Assembly (NCBI GenBank): GCA_964370965.1
Contig: CAYJLW010000001.1
Coordinates: 23,509-87,508, forward strand
DNA: 64,000 nucleotides
Reading direction: 5' to 3'
From: an uncultured Acidimicrobiia bacterium
GTDB lineage: Bacteria; Actinomycetota; Acidimicrobiia; UBA2766
Part shown: one piece after another, positions 18,814 through 29,981 of the stretch
Layout: the number at the start of each line of letters is the position of its first letter
Numbering within the stretch: the stretch's first letter is position 1
Notes under the pieces: generated by a model
Told to the model about the DNA's origin: nothing
What the model saw: the letters and a program-made list of their open reading frames with translations, nothing else
The model's database searches: none
Made by a program: the position numbers and the translations under genes

Positions 18814-19664
18814 CTCCACACCTCGAAGTCCCGGAGCTCCACTCCGTGGTCGTGCAGCGCCGCGATCGCCTCGCCCTTGCCCTGGGCGGACACCTCCACC
18901 AGGACCCCGTGGCCGTTGTCGCGGGCGGCGAAACCGGCATCGACGAGAATGCGCAGGGCGTCGGGGACGCGGGACTCGTCCACCACGAGGTGGAGCCAGG
19001 ACTGCAGGCCCAGGCGTTCGGCGAGCTCGGAGGGCGGGCACTCGACCGTGACGCGACCCTCCTCCATGCCGAGCACACGGTCCACGAGCATGCCGACCTC
19101 CTCGAGGTGGTGGGACGTGAGGAGCAAGGAGCGGCCCTCGTCGCGGAGGCGGCCGAAGAGGTCCACGGCCTTCTCGCGGGCGGACACGTCGAGGTTCGAC
19201 GTGGGCTCGTCCAGCAGGAGGACGGGGGGGTCGGGGAGGAGGGCGACGGCGATGCCGAGGCGCTGACGCATCCCGCCGGAGAGAGCGCCCACCTCCTTGT
19301 CGAGCTCGTCGCCGAGGTCCACGGTGTCGATCACGTCGAGGGCGCGCCGGGGGGAGACGCGCCGGAGCTGGGCGGAGAACTCGACCATCTCGCCCACGGT
19401 GAGGTCCTCGTAGAAGGCGAGCTCCTGGGGTACGTGGCCGAGCAGGCTACGCACGGCCTTGCCCGCCCGAGCGGCGTCGAGGCCGGCGACCTCGACACGG
19501 CCCTCGTAGGCGGCGAGGCCGAGGATGCAGCGGACGACCGTCGTCTTTCCCGCTCCGTTCGGGCCCCACAGGGCGAGAGCTTCGCCGTCGGCGAGCTCGA
19601 AGGACACGTCGCGGACGACCTCCACCTCCCCGTAGCTCTTCACGAGGTTCTCGACACGGATCAT
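18810..19664 (-). CDS. nosF: NosF ABC transporter ATP-binding protein
   Basis: Walker A 'GPNGAGKTT', signature 'LSGGMRQRL' and Walker B 'LLLDEPTSNLD'. The start at MIRVENLVKSYG overlaps the nosD stop (ATGA). Confidence 0.8.
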   Translation of the reverse strand: MIRVENLVKSYGEVEVVRDVSFELADGEALALWGPNGAGKTTVVRCILGLAAYEGRVEVAGLDAARAGKAVRSLLGHVPQELAFYEDLTVGEMVEFSAQLRRVSPRRALDVIDTVDLGDELDKEVGALSGGMRQRLGIAVALLPDPPVLLLDEPTSNLDVSAREKAVDLFGRLRDEGRSLLLTSHHLEEVGMLVDRVLGMEEGRVTVECPPSELAERLGLQSWLHLVVDESRVPDALRILVDAGFAARDNGHGVLVEVSAQGKGEAIAALHDHGVELRDFEVWR

Positions 19665-21085
19665 GTGTTCGCCTTCCGGGTCGCGGTCGCGGTCGCGGCC
19701 TTGGGGCCGGGGCCTCGCCGGCGACCCCTGTGGACGCCGGATGCGGCGACGACGGCGGCGGCGACCGCGAGGAGGAGGACCGGCCACAGCAGGTTCGCCG
19801 CCCCGGAGCCGGGGACGGGGATCTTGCGCATCGGGGGCAGCGTGGGTGCCGACGTGAGCGGTCTGCGGTCGACGGCCTTGGGTTCCGGTTCCAGGACGGG
19901 GAAGGCTCGGGCGGCGAAGTCGATCGCCCGGGCAGCGGGTGTGTCGGCGTAGATGTTGAGCCCGGGGTTGTCGCCCGTGAGGACGGCGAAGGGTTCCTCG
20001 ACGCGTTCGGGGATGTCGCCGATGCCGTCGCCGTCGGCGTCGAAGCCGGCGTAGTCGCTCCAGAAGTTGCCTACGCCACCTGCGGACCAGCGGTTCTTGT
20101 CGAGCGTGCCGCCGCCGTCGACCTCGATCTGGGTGCCGTTGTCGACGAAGGCGTTGCGTGTGAACACGTTGTGGGCCACGGAGGCGAAGGCCTGCACGCC
20201 CACCTCGTTGTAGGCGACGAGGTTGCCCGCGAAGCGGTTCCGGGCGCTGAGCGTGCTGGGGGAGTTGTCGATGTAGATCCCCACGCGGTTCCCCACGATC
20301 CTGTTCCGGTTCGCCGTGAAGTCGTCGACGTCCTTGAGGCCGAGGCCGAGGCCGCTGGGGCCGTCGCCCTCGGCGAGGATGTTGCCCGTCATCGTGAGCC
20401 GGCGGCTGTACATGGCGTAGACGCCCACGGAGTTGTGGACGAAGCGGTTGTCGTCGATGGTGCTGTCCTCCACGTACATGAGGTGGAGGCCGTAGCGGCT
20501 GTCGCTGACTTCGTTGTCGCGGGTCGTGACGTCGCGCGAATACCAGATGACGGCGTCGCGGCCGTGACGGACGGTGTTGCGCTCGACGAGCGCCCCGTCA
20601 CTGCCCCAGATGCGGAGGCCGTCGCCGCGGCGGGCGACAGGCAGGCGCTTGGCGCCGATGACGTTGCCGGTCACCCGGGAGTCCGGCGAGTCGAGGAGGT
20701 GGATCCCGAAGAGGACGTCCTCGAAACGGTTGTCGACGACGCGAGCTCGGGGGGCGCCTGTGAGGACGATGCCGGCGTCGGTGTCCACGAGCGTGGTGCC
20801 ACTGTTGCGGGCGACCAGCCCGCGTACGGTGACGTCGGGGGCCTTCACCGTGATCACGGTGCCCCTGCCCGCGGCGTCGATCACCGGGCGGCCGTGCCCG
20901 ATCAGACGCAGGGGCTTGTCGATCACGACGGGGCCGCGGTAGGTGCCGGGCGAAACCGTGACTGTCTCCCCCGGTGCGGCCGCGTCGATGCGGGCCTGCA
21001 GGTCCGGGCGCGCCGCCCCCCCCGCCGGCCACAGCGCGAGAGCGCCCGAGCACGCGCCCAGGACGAGGGCGGTGAGGCGTCTCAT
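19661..21085 (-). CDS. nosD: NosD periplasmic copper-processing beta-helix protein
   Basis: Right-handed beta-helix repeats ('NVIGAKRLPVARRGDGLRIWGS', 'NRIVGNRVGIYIDNS', 'NLVAYNEVGVQAF'). The start overlaps the stop of the upstream membrane gene (ATGA). Confidence 0.85.
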   Translation of the reverse strand: MRRLTALVLGACSGALALWPAGGAARPDLQARIDAAAPGETVTVSPGTYRGPVVIDKPLRLIGHGRPVIDAAGRGTVITVKAPDVTVRGLVARNSGTTLVDTDAGIVLTGAPRARVVDNRFEDVLFGIHLLDSPDSRVTGNVIGAKRLPVARRGDGLRIWGSDGALVERNTVRHGRDAVIWYSRDVTTRDNEVSDSRYGLHLMYVEDSTIDDNRFVHNSVGVYAMYSRRLTMTGNILAEGDGPSGLGLGLKDVDDFTANRNRIVGNRVGIYIDNSPSTLSARNRFAGNLVAYNEVGVQAFASVAHNVFTRNAFVDNGTQIEVDGGGTLDKNRWSAGGVGNFWSDYAGFDADGDGIGDIPERVEEPFAVLTGDNPGLNIYADTPAARAIDFAARAFPVLEPEPKAVDRRPLTSAPTLPPMRKIPVPGSGAANLLWPVLLLAVAAAVVAASGVHRGRRRGPGPKAATATATRKANT

Positions 21086-21882
21086 GTCGTGTCGGCGGCC
21101 TCCGATGCGGCCGGCTCCCCGTCGACGGTGTCCGTGACGGCGTCGACCACGTCCTCGCCAGGTTTCGCGGCGTCCTTACCGCCGCTGGCCTCGACCAGGG
21201 GCTTGTAGGCCTTGCGGTGGTACCAGAGGCCGAACCCGATCACGACGGAGGCGGCGAGGGCGAGGAGGAGGCCCGGCCCCGGGAGGGCAAGGGTGTCGAA
21301 GTTGGCGATGGTGGCGGGCCCGAGCACAGGGGGGGTGAAGTCGCCCACGGCGCCGGCGAGGGGCGCTGTGGGGTCGAGGCTGTGGCCGTAGCGCCAGAGC
21401 CAGAACTGCAGGTCCCCCAGGAATATGAGCGGAAAGAACAGCGCCGGGAACGTGAGGAGCACGACGAAGCGGCTCCGCAGGGCCAGGGCGGCGAGCAGCA
21501 GGCAGGCGAAGGCGACGATGGCGATGACCGAGAGCGAGCGCTCCAGGACGGCCCCGGACTTGAACGAGGGCATGCCGATGTAGTGGTTGAGCTCCTCGAT
21601 CTCGTTGAGGGCGTTCACCTGCTCGCCCGCCTTGCGGACCCCCTCGAGGCGGTTCACGTAGGCCTTCACCTCGAGGCCGTCCGGGTACTGCGGGGCGGTG
21701 AGGCGCAGGATCCAGTACGGGAAGAGGATGGACACGACGAGGAGGACGCCGGCCGTCACGAAGAGCGTCTTGGGTGTGGCGTAGAGGCGCCAGTTCTTCT
21801 GGATCTCCTCGGGGGGGACCTTTGGTCCGATGATGGTCTCGCCGAGCCCCATGCTGCGTCCGTTTCTGCGCTGTGAGTTCAT
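21082..21882 (-). CDS. nos-cluster integral membrane protein (NosB-like, clade II clusters)
   Basis: Hydrophobic helices ('LFVTAGVLLVVSILFPYWIL', 'VIAIVAFACLLLAALAL', 'LLTFPALFFPLIFLG', 'LLLALAASVVIGFGLWY'). Its position immediately after nosZ matches clade II nos loci. The assignment is by position and topology only. Confidence 0.45.
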   Translation of the reverse strand: MNSQRRNGRSMGLGETIIGPKVPPEEIQKNWRLYATPKTLFVTAGVLLVVSILFPYWILRLTAPQYPDGLEVKAYVNRLEGVRKAGEQVNALNEIEELNHYIGMPSFKSGAVLERSLSVIAIVAFACLLLAALALRSRFVVLLTFPALFFPLIFLGDLQFWLWRYGHSLDPTAPLAGAVGDFTPPVLGPATIANFDTLALPGPGLLLALAASVVIGFGLWYHRKAYKPLVEASGGKDAAKPGEDVVDAVTDTVDGEPAASEAADTT

Positions 21883-21964
21883 GAAAGCACAGGTTTCCCC
21901 GGGATCACCCGGGGAAACCTGTGCTCTTGAGGTATCTGGTTATCGTACGGGTCCGGCCCGCTTC

Positions 21965-24016
21965 CTACTGAACCGTCATGTAGCCGGCCATCTCCAGGTG
22001 GAGTGCCGAGCAGAACTCGAGGCAGTAGAAGGGGAAGACCCCGGACCTGTCGGCCACGAACTGCACGGTGGCGGTTTCGCCCGGCTCCAGGCTCACGTTG
22101 ATGTTGTACCCGGGGATGTTGAACCCGTGGGTGGCGTCCTGGGCCTGCTCGAGGTTCGTGATCCTCCAGGTGACGTTGTCACCCGCCTTCAACTCCACAC
22201 GGTCGGGCGTGAAGTGGCTGCGGATGGCCGTCATGTCGATCGTGACGTTGTTGCCGTTGCGGGTGATCTTCTCCTGGCCCTGCTTGGGGGCGGTGGGGTC
22301 GATCGCCATGGTGCCCGGGTCGAAGCCCACGCCGGGGTAGACCTTGAACGGCTTCAACTTGTCCGCCTTGATGATCTGGGCGTAGTGGGGCTCACCGATG
22401 CCCATGGGCATGTCGTAGAGCACGGGCATGTCCTTGCCGCCTTTGGAGATGTCCAGGAGCTGGAAGTTCTGGGGCAGGAGGGGCCCGGTGGGGAAGAAGC
22501 GGTCGAGCGACCACTTGTTCAGCGCCACCAGCCAGTTGCCGTCAGGACTCACCGTGTCGCCTTCGGCGGTGGCGAGGTGGCCGATGTTGTACTGCACCTT
22601 GGTCTTCTGGATGAGCGCCCAGGGCTTGTCGTCCTTGGGGGCGTACTTGCCGCCGAAGCTCCAGCGGGCCACGGCGGAGTCCAGGAAGAGGCTGGTGTAG
22701 GCGTAGCCCTTGTTGTCGAACTGGGTGTGCAGCGGGCCGAGGCCGATCTCGACCTGGGCCTCCTTGGCGGAGTCGAAGTCGATGACCGGGACGCCGTACG
22801 GGCCGTACGGGTCCTCCTTGAACTTCTTGTCCTCGATCGCCTTCATGATCTTCTTGAAGGAGTAGATCGTGACGTGCGGGTCGAGTTTGCCCGCCACGAC
22901 GATGAACTCGCCGCTGGGGTGGACGTCGGAGCCGTGAGGGCTCTTGGGCTCGGGCACGAAGTAGAGGAGGCCCTCCTGGTTCGTGGTCTCGAGCGGGATG
23001 ACCGGGAAGCCGCCGATGTTGACGGTCTTGCCCGCGGCTGCCACCTCGGCGGCCTTCTTCAGGTTGATGACGTGGAGGTAGTCCATCTCGTGGACGGTCG
23101 TGCTCTTCTCGAAGGGTTCGCCGCCGGGGCCGCCCTGGGCCTTGGGGAGGTCGCCGCCGTTGGCGGTCTCGGTGTTGAAGGAGTTGCAGAAGATCCAGCC
23201 GTCGCTCACCTTCTTGCCGGAGTCACAGAGGTCCTGCCAGTAGGGCGGGAGCTCCATGGCGAAGGACTTGGAGGGGTCGATCCTGCCCGCCTGGCGGTCG
23301 AACTTCCACATCGTGATCATGCCCCGGTAGAGCTCGCGGTACTGCTCGACGGGGCCGTACTTGAAGCCCAGCGGGGTGGCGTACTGGCCGCCCTCGACGA
23401 CCCACTCGGTGTCGGGGGTCACGAAGCTGCCGCCGTGGTCGCTGAGTGTGAGGGGGTTCTTGATGATCTGCTTGGTCTCGAAGTCCTTCAGGTTGACGAC
23501 GGCCTCACGGGCGTTCGCCTTGTCGTTGATGAAGATGAACTCGCCGTCGTACTCGCCGTTCGTCTCCGATATCGAGGGGTGGTGGGTGTCGCCCCAGCGG
23601 ATCGGCTTGCCCTGCCAGTCGCCCTCGGCGAGGACTTCGTCGGTGACCTTGTTGCCGAAGCCCCAGCCCGCCCAGGCCTCGGGGGTGAACACGCCGATGG
23701 AGCGCAGGATCCGCATCGACGGGATGCCGACGACGAAGAGCTGGCCGGAGTGCCCCCCGGAGGCGAGCATGATGTAGGGGTCGTGCCTCCCGCTGGGGGT
23801 GTAGGTCATGAGCGCGGCGTCCTGGTCTGCCTGGCTGAGCTTGCGCTCCTTGGCGATGTCGGAGCCGGCGCCGCTGCCGCCGCCGCACGACACGGCGACG
23901 AGGGCGATCACCGCCGCCACGGCGACGAGGGGCAGCCAGAGGCGCTGGGCACCCCTCTTCGCGCTCCCGGTCGCCACCTGTTCTGCCTTCTGGCGCAACT
24001 CGGTCAGCTTTGACAT
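21965..24016 (-). CDS. nosZ: nitrous-oxide reductase, clade II (Sec/lipoprotein type)
   Basis: N-terminal TM plus lipobox 'LVAVSCGGGSG' with no Tat motif. Seven-bladed propeller region and C-terminal CuA cupredoxin 'HGFNIPGYNINVSLEPGE...FYCLEFCSALHLEMAGYMTV'. Confidence 0.9.
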   Translation of the reverse strand: MSKLTELRQKAEQVATGSAKRGAQRLWLPLVAVAAVIALVAVSCGGGSGAGSDIAKERKLSQADQDAALMTYTPSGRHDPYIMLASGGHSGQLFVVGIPSMRILRSIGVFTPEAWAGWGFGNKVTDEVLAEGDWQGKPIRWGDTHHPSISETNGEYDGEFIFINDKANAREAVVNLKDFETKQIIKNPLTLSDHGGSFVTPDTEWVVEGGQYATPLGFKYGPVEQYRELYRGMITMWKFDRQAGRIDPSKSFAMELPPYWQDLCDSGKKVSDGWIFCNSFNTETANGGDLPKAQGGPGGEPFEKSTTVHEMDYLHVINLKKAAEVAAAGKTVNIGGFPVIPLETTNQEGLLYFVPEPKSPHGSDVHPSGEFIVVAGKLDPHVTIYSFKKIMKAIEDKKFKEDPYGPYGVPVIDFDSAKEAQVEIGLGPLHTQFDNKGYAYTSLFLDSAVARWSFGGKYAPKDDKPWALIQKTKVQYNIGHLATAEGDTVSPDGNWLVALNKWSLDRFFPTGPLLPQNFQLLDISKGGKDMPVLYDMPMGIGEPHYAQIIKADKLKPFKVYPGVGFDPGTMAIDPTAPKQGQEKITRNGNNVTIDMTAIRSHFTPDRVELKAGDNVTWRITNLEQAQDATHGFNIPGYNINVSLEPGETATVQFVADRSGVFPFYCLEFCSALHLEMAGYMTVQ

Positions 24017-24133
24017 GTCGCTCCTCCCTTGGTGGGTGTCGGGTCCGCGCCCGGGTCGTCTGGTGTGTCGAGGGGGGGACGGAAGCGCGCCGGGCCCTCC
24101 ATGGCGCTGTCCGCGGGGTCGTCGAGAGGGATT

Positions 24134-24148
24134 GTGAAACTGTGGACA
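24134..24148. promoter_or_regulatory. weak CRP/FNR-type half-palindrome TGTGA-N5-GGACA in the nosZ / cytochrome c divergent region
   Basis: This is 3/5 of the second half-site only. A 5-bp IR TGGACaaaGTCCA lies adjacent (24143-24155). Confidence 0.15.
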
Positions 24149-24459
24149 AAGTCCATGCCGCCAGCCAACACCTGAACAGGATGTGCCGAAAGGGACCTAC
24201 GTCCCGGATCGGCGGGCCATCCGCCCTTGGCTGGGAACCAACTGGAACAACGCGCATGTCGTGTCGCGTCCACGGAGACGGCGGGGAAGGTGTCTCCGGG
24301 GTCTTCCGGCGGGCAAGCCGACGGTCGGCGCCGCGACGGTGTGGGCGCGTGAGTGGGATTCGCCGGGCGTGATCTCCTAGGCTCTCGCGCCGTCGGTTCG
24401 AGTTCACAGCCGGCACACAGGTTCTCGGACGGAGGCCCTGGATCGAGAAAGGTGACTCC

Positions 24460-24930
24460 ATGCAGAAGGTGCGCAGCACCCGGCGGATTTCCGGCCTGCT
24501 GAAGGCCCTCTGGGTCGTCACGCTGGCTTCCCTGCTCGTTCTCGGTGCCGCCTGCGGCGGCGGTGACAAGAAGTCCGACGACGACGACGGCGGCAGCGAC
24601 ACGACGGAGACGACCGAGTCGAAGCCCAAGGCCGACGGCGCCAAGGTGTACGTGGACGCGGGCTGCAACGGCTGCCACGGTGCCAACGGCGAGGGCGGCA
24701 CGGGCCCGGCGTTCAAGAACACCGCCACGGTCTTCCCCGACGAGGCGGACCAGATCGACTGGGTGAGCGAGAAGGCCGCGGCCACCTCCGGCCCGTATGG
24801 AGCCAACAACTCCGGCAACAACGGCCAAGGCTCCACGGTCGGTGCCATGCCGGCGTTCAAGGACACGCTGAGCAAGGACGAGATCGCCGCCGTCGTGCAG
24901 TACGAGCGCGACGTGCTGGCCAAGAAGTAG
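24460..24930 (+). CDS. lipoprotein c-type cytochrome (mono-haem)
   Basis: Lipobox 'LGAAC', haem-binding 'CNGCHG', and a Met ligand region 'GAMPAF'. It is divergent from nosZ. Confidence 0.8.
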   Translation: MQKVRSTRRISGLLKALWVVTLASLLVLGAACGGGDKKSDDDDGGSDTTETTESKPKADGAKVYVDAGCNGCHGANGEGGTGPAFKNTATVFPDEADQIDWVSEKAAATSGPYGANNSGNNGQGSTVGAMPAFKDTLSKDEIAAVVQYERDVLAKK

Positions 24931-24952
24931 GGGCCCCGGCCCCGAGCTCGCG

Positions 24953-24984
24953 AAAACGCCGCCCCCTCGGGGGCGGCGTTTTCG
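24953..24984. terminator. intrinsic bidirectional terminator after the cytochrome c gene
   Basis: 'AAAACGCCGCCCCCTCGGGGGCGGCGTTTTCG': a perfect 10-bp GC stem flanked by an A-tract and a T-tract. A second hairpin GGGGGACtggcGTCCCCC lies at ~24993-25011. Confidence 0.6.
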
Positions 24985-25264
24985 CGTTTCGAAGGGGGAC
25001 TGGCGTCCCCCCTCGGTCTCCCCCCTCCGGAGCGGGCCCCCGTCCGCGTCCCGACGGGCTAGTTCGCGAGTTGACACGGTTTGGATGCGGGCGCTATCAA
25101 TCTCGCAGTGACTTTGTGAAGGGCTTCACAAAGTCACTGCGCCTTCTGGGTCGTCGGACGTGGCACCGGATGGGAGGTTTGCGGACCACAACCCGTTCTG
25201 AAGTGGCTCTCCCTCCCTCGACGCCCCACGCCCGAGGGAACCCCGATGCCAGGAGGCGAACAGC

Positions 25265-28200
25265 ATGCGGCAGTCCCCGGACGCCAACCCCTTGAACGAC
25301 CGCCAGGACACCCACGAGCGCCGCCGCCGCGGCGGGCTCTCCAGAAGGGAGTTGCTCGCCGCCGCTCCCGCGGCCCTGGCCGGTGTCGTCGCCGGGACCC
25401 GCCCCGCCGCCGCCCTCGTGGGGGACCTCGCGCACCTCCAGGCCCTCCCGCCGGGTACGAACCCCTTCGTGAACTACCCGAACCGCGACTGGGAGAAGGT
25501 CTACCGCGACCTCTACCGGCCGGACTCCCAGTTCCACTACCTCTGCGCCCCGAACGACACCCACGGCTGCCTCCTGAAGGCGAACGTCAAGAACGGCATC
25601 GTCGTCTACGCCGACCCCAGCTACGGATACGGCAAGGCGGGCGACGTCTACGGGAACAAGGCCTCCTCGCGGTGGGACCCTCGGGCCTGCATCAGCGGTC
25701 TCTCCTACGTGCGGCGCATGTACTCCGACCGGCGCGTCAAGGGAACGTTCGTCCGCAAGGGTTTCAAGGCATGGGCGGACGCCGGCTTCCCCCGCGACCC
25801 CAAGTCGGGCAGGGTCCCGGTCCAGTACACCGAGGGCCGGGGCAAGGAGGAGTTCGTCAAGGTCGATTTCGACGACGCCTGCGAGATCTACGCCCGCGGC
25901 CTCATGGACGTCGCCGAGACCTACAGCGGCGAGGAGGGCGCCCGGCGCCTCCACCACCAGGGTTACGACGAGGCGATGATCGAGTCGATGCACGGGGCGG
26001 GCACCCGGACCCTCAAGAACCGCGGCGGCATGCCTTATGACGCCATGTACCGCGTCGGGGGCCTGTACCGATTCGCCAACATGCTCGCCCTTCTCGACGA
26101 CCACGTCCGCAAGGTCGGCCCAGAGGAGGCCCTGGGCGGGAAGCACTGGGACAACTACTGCTGGCACACCGACCTGCCGCCCGGGCACCCGATGGTGAGC
26201 GGTCAGCAGACCATCGACTTCGACCTCTACACAGCCGAGAACGCGAACCTCATCACGCTGTGGGGCATGAACTGGATCGCCACGAAGATGCCCGACGGCC
26301 ACTGGCTCACGGAGGCGAAGCTCAAAGGCACCAAGATCGTCACGATCGCCCCCGAGTACCAGTCCTCCACGTCCAAGGCCGACCGCGCCGTCGTGATCCG
26401 CCCGGGCTCCGACGGCGCCCTCGCCCTGGGCCTCGCCCACGTGATCGTGAAGGAGAAGCTCTACGACGAGGCCGCGGTCAAGACCCGCACCGACCTGCCG
26501 GTGCTCGTGCGCACCGACAACCTCAAGTACCTGCGGCCCTCCGACGTGATCCCGGGCTACCAGCTCGCGAACCTCACGAACAGCATGACGCTCGTGGACG
26601 ACGCCGCCTCTCTGAAGAAGAAGCCGCCCATGCCCCCGGCGCTCCAGTCGACGCAGTTCCTCTCCAAGGAGCTCCGTGCGGAATGGGGCGACTTCATGGT
26701 CTGGGACACGGCGTCGAACGCCGCCAAGCCCATCAGCCGGGACAACGTCGGCCAGTACTTCACCGACATGGGCATCGACCCGGCCCTCGAGGGCGAGTTC
26801 GAGGTCGCCCTCGCCGACGGCAAGAAGGTGAAGGTCCGCCCCGTCTTCGACGCCATCAAGCAGCACCTCATGGACTCCGCGAGCCCGAAGCAGATCTCCG
26901 CGGTCACATGGGCGCCTGAGAAGGCGATCGTGGAGCTCGCCCGCCAGATCGCCGCCAACAAGCGGAAGACCCTCTTCACGACGGGCATGGGCCCGAACCA
27001 CTTCTTCAACAACGACTGCAAGGACCGCACGATCATCCTTGTGGCGGCCCTCACCGACAACGTAGGCCACTTCGGCGGCACCGTCGGGAGCTACGCGGGC
27101 AACTACCGCCTCGCCATGGTCCCCGGCATCGCCCAGTACGCCTTCGAGGATCCCTTCAACCAGAACCTCGACCCGAACACGCTCGCGAAGATCCGCTGGT
27201 ACTACAAGGGCGAGTCCGCCCACTACTACAACTACGGCGACCGGCCCCTGCGCGAGGGCAACCACCTCTTCACCGGCGAGACGCACATGCCCGCCCCCAC
27301 GAAGACGGTCACCGTGGCGAACTCGAACTCGATCCTGGGCAACGCAAAGGGTGCCTACAAGGTGATCATGGAGACCCTGCCGAAGATCGAGATGTACACG
27401 GTCGCCGACTGGTTCTGGACGGCGACCTGCGAGTACGCAGACATCGTCTTCGGCGTGGACTCCTGGGTGGAGCGTAAGCGCCCCGACCTCTTCGGGTCCG
27501 TGACGAACCCGTTCATCCAGGCCTGGCCCCGATCGCCCCTGCCCCGGATCTTCGACACCCACGACGACGTCGAGGTGTGGGCGAACATCGCGAAGAAGCT
27601 CGGCGAGCTCACAGGCGACGTCCGCTTCGAGAACCACTGGCACTTCGTGCACACGAACCAGGACGAGGTGTACCTGCAGCGGGCATTCGACGCCGGCAAC
27701 ACGACCAAGGGCTACAAGTTCACCGACCTCGACAAGTCCTGCGAGGCGGGGACGCCCTTCTACATGATGATGCGCACGAGCCCCCGCATAGTGGGCTACG
27801 AGCAGACCTACGAGTCCAAGCCCTGGTACACCAAGACGGGCCGCCTCGAGTTCTACCGGGAGGAGGACGAGTTCGTCGCCAGCGGCGAGAACCTCCCCGT
27901 ACACCGCGAGCCCGTCGACGGCACCGTGTACGAGCCCAACGTCATCCTCGCCGCCGACCACCCCCTCATAAGACCCAAGACACCGGCGGACTACGACCTC
28001 GACCCGAAGGACATGAGCACAGACGTCCGCCAGGTGCGCAACGTCGTGCTCACCCCGGAGGAGATCGCGAAGTCCAAGCACCCCCTGCGCAAGGACGGCT
28101 TCACCCACATCCTGATCACGCCCAAGTACCGCCACGCCTGCCACTCCATGGGCGCCAGCGTGGACACGGACACGATCATCTGGGGTCCCTTCGGAGACTT

Positions 28201-28822
28201 CTACCGCCACGACAAGCGCAAGCCCTGGTCCGCCGAGGGCTACGTCGACATGAACCCGGCCGACGCCGAGGAGCTCGGCTTCCACGACGGCGACTACGTC
28301 TACGTCGACGCCGACCCCGAGGACCGGCCGTTCAAGGGCTGGCAGGAGAAACCGGACGACTACAAGGTGATGCGCTGGCTCGTGCGGGTGCGCTACAACC
28401 CGAGCCTCGCCCGCCAGGTGGGCCGGGCCTGGTTCCACTTCTACATCTCCACGCACGGATCCGTGGAGGGCCACGAGACGCGAGAGGACGGCCTCGCCAA
28501 GAACCCACGGACGAACTACCAGGCCGCCTACCGCTTCGGCAGCCACCAGTCTGTCACCCGGGCCTGGCTGCGGCCCACGCTCCAGACCGACTCGATGGCC
28601 CGCAAGGACACCATCGGCCAGGTCCTGAACAAGGGTTTCGCCCTCGACACGCACCAGGTCACGGGCGCGCCCAAGGAGTCCTTCGTGAAGTTCACCCCCG
28701 GCGAGCCCGGCGGCGAGGACGGCGAGGGCCTCTGGTACCCGGCGAAGGAAGGCTTCCGGCCCGGCCGGGAGAACGACGCCATGAAGCAGTACCTCCAGGG
28801 CAAGTTCATCACGGAGAGGTAG
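25265..28822 (+). CDS. Tat-exported molybdopterin oxidoreductase alpha subunit, type II DMSO-reductase family (Nxr/periplasmic-Nar-like)
   Basis: Twin-arginine signal 'RRGGLSRRELLAAAPAALAGVVAG', an N-terminal His/Cys FS0-type cluster 'FHYLCAPNDTHGC', and a 1185 aa size in the NarG/NxrA range. It is followed by the Fe-S beta, haem gamma and TorD genes. The AGGAGG RBS lies 8 nt upstream. Confidence 0.85.
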   Translation: MRQSPDANPLNDRQDTHERRRRGGLSRRELLAAAPAALAGVVAGTRPAAALVGDLAHLQALPPGTNPFVNYPNRDWEKVYRDLYRPDSQFHYLCAPNDTHGCLLKANVKNGIVVYADPSYGYGKAGDVYGNKASSRWDPRACISGLSYVRRMYSDRRVKGTFVRKGFKAWADAGFPRDPKSGRVPVQYTEGRGKEEFVKVDFDDACEIYARGLMDVAETYSGEEGARRLHHQGYDEAMIESMHGAGTRTLKNRGGMPYDAMYRVGGLYRFANMLALLDDHVRKVGPEEALGGKHWDNYCWHTDLPPGHPMVSGQQTIDFDLYTAENANLITLWGMNWIATKMPDGHWLTEAKLKGTKIVTIAPEYQSSTSKADRAVVIRPGSDGALALGLAHVIVKEKLYDEAAVKTRTDLPVLVRTDNLKYLRPSDVIPGYQLANLTNSMTLVDDAASLKKKPPMPPALQSTQFLSKELRAEWGDFMVWDTASNAAKPISRDNVGQYFTDMGIDPALEGEFEVALADGKKVKVRPVFDAIKQHLMDSASPKQISAVTWAPEKAIVELARQIAANKRKTLFTTGMGPNHFFNNDCKDRTIILVAALTDNVGHFGGTVGSYAGNYRLAMVPGIAQYAFEDPFNQNLDPNTLAKIRWYYKGESAHYYNYGDRPLREGNHLFTGETHMPAPTKTVTVANSNSILGNAKGAYKVIMETLPKIEMYTVADWFWTATCEYADIVFGVDSWVERKRPDLFGSVTNPFIQAWPRSPLPRIFDTHDDVEVWANIAKKLGELTGDVRFENHWHFVHTNQDEVYLQRAFDAGNTTKGYKFTDLDKSCEAGTPFYMMMRTSPRIVGYEQTYESKPWYTKTGRLEFYREEDEFVASGENLPVHREPVDGTVYEPNVILAADHPLIRPKTPADYDLDPKDMSTDVRQVRNVVLTPEEIAKSKHPLRKDGFTHILITPKYRHACHSMGASVDTDTIIWGPFGDFYRHDKRKPWSAEGYVDMNPADAEELGFHDGDYVYVDADPEDRPFKGWQEKPDDYKVMRWLVRVRYNPSLARQVGRAWFHFYISTHGSVEGHETREDGLAKNPRTNYQAAYRFGSHQSVTRAWLRPTLQTDSMARKDTIGQVLNKGFALDTHQVTGAPKESFVKFTPGEPGGEDGEGLWYPAKEGFRPGRENDAMKQYLQGKFITER

Positions 28823-28831
28823 GTCACCCAA

Positions 28832-29971
<1,140 letters not shown>

Positions 29972-29981
29972 GGAGGCCGAG

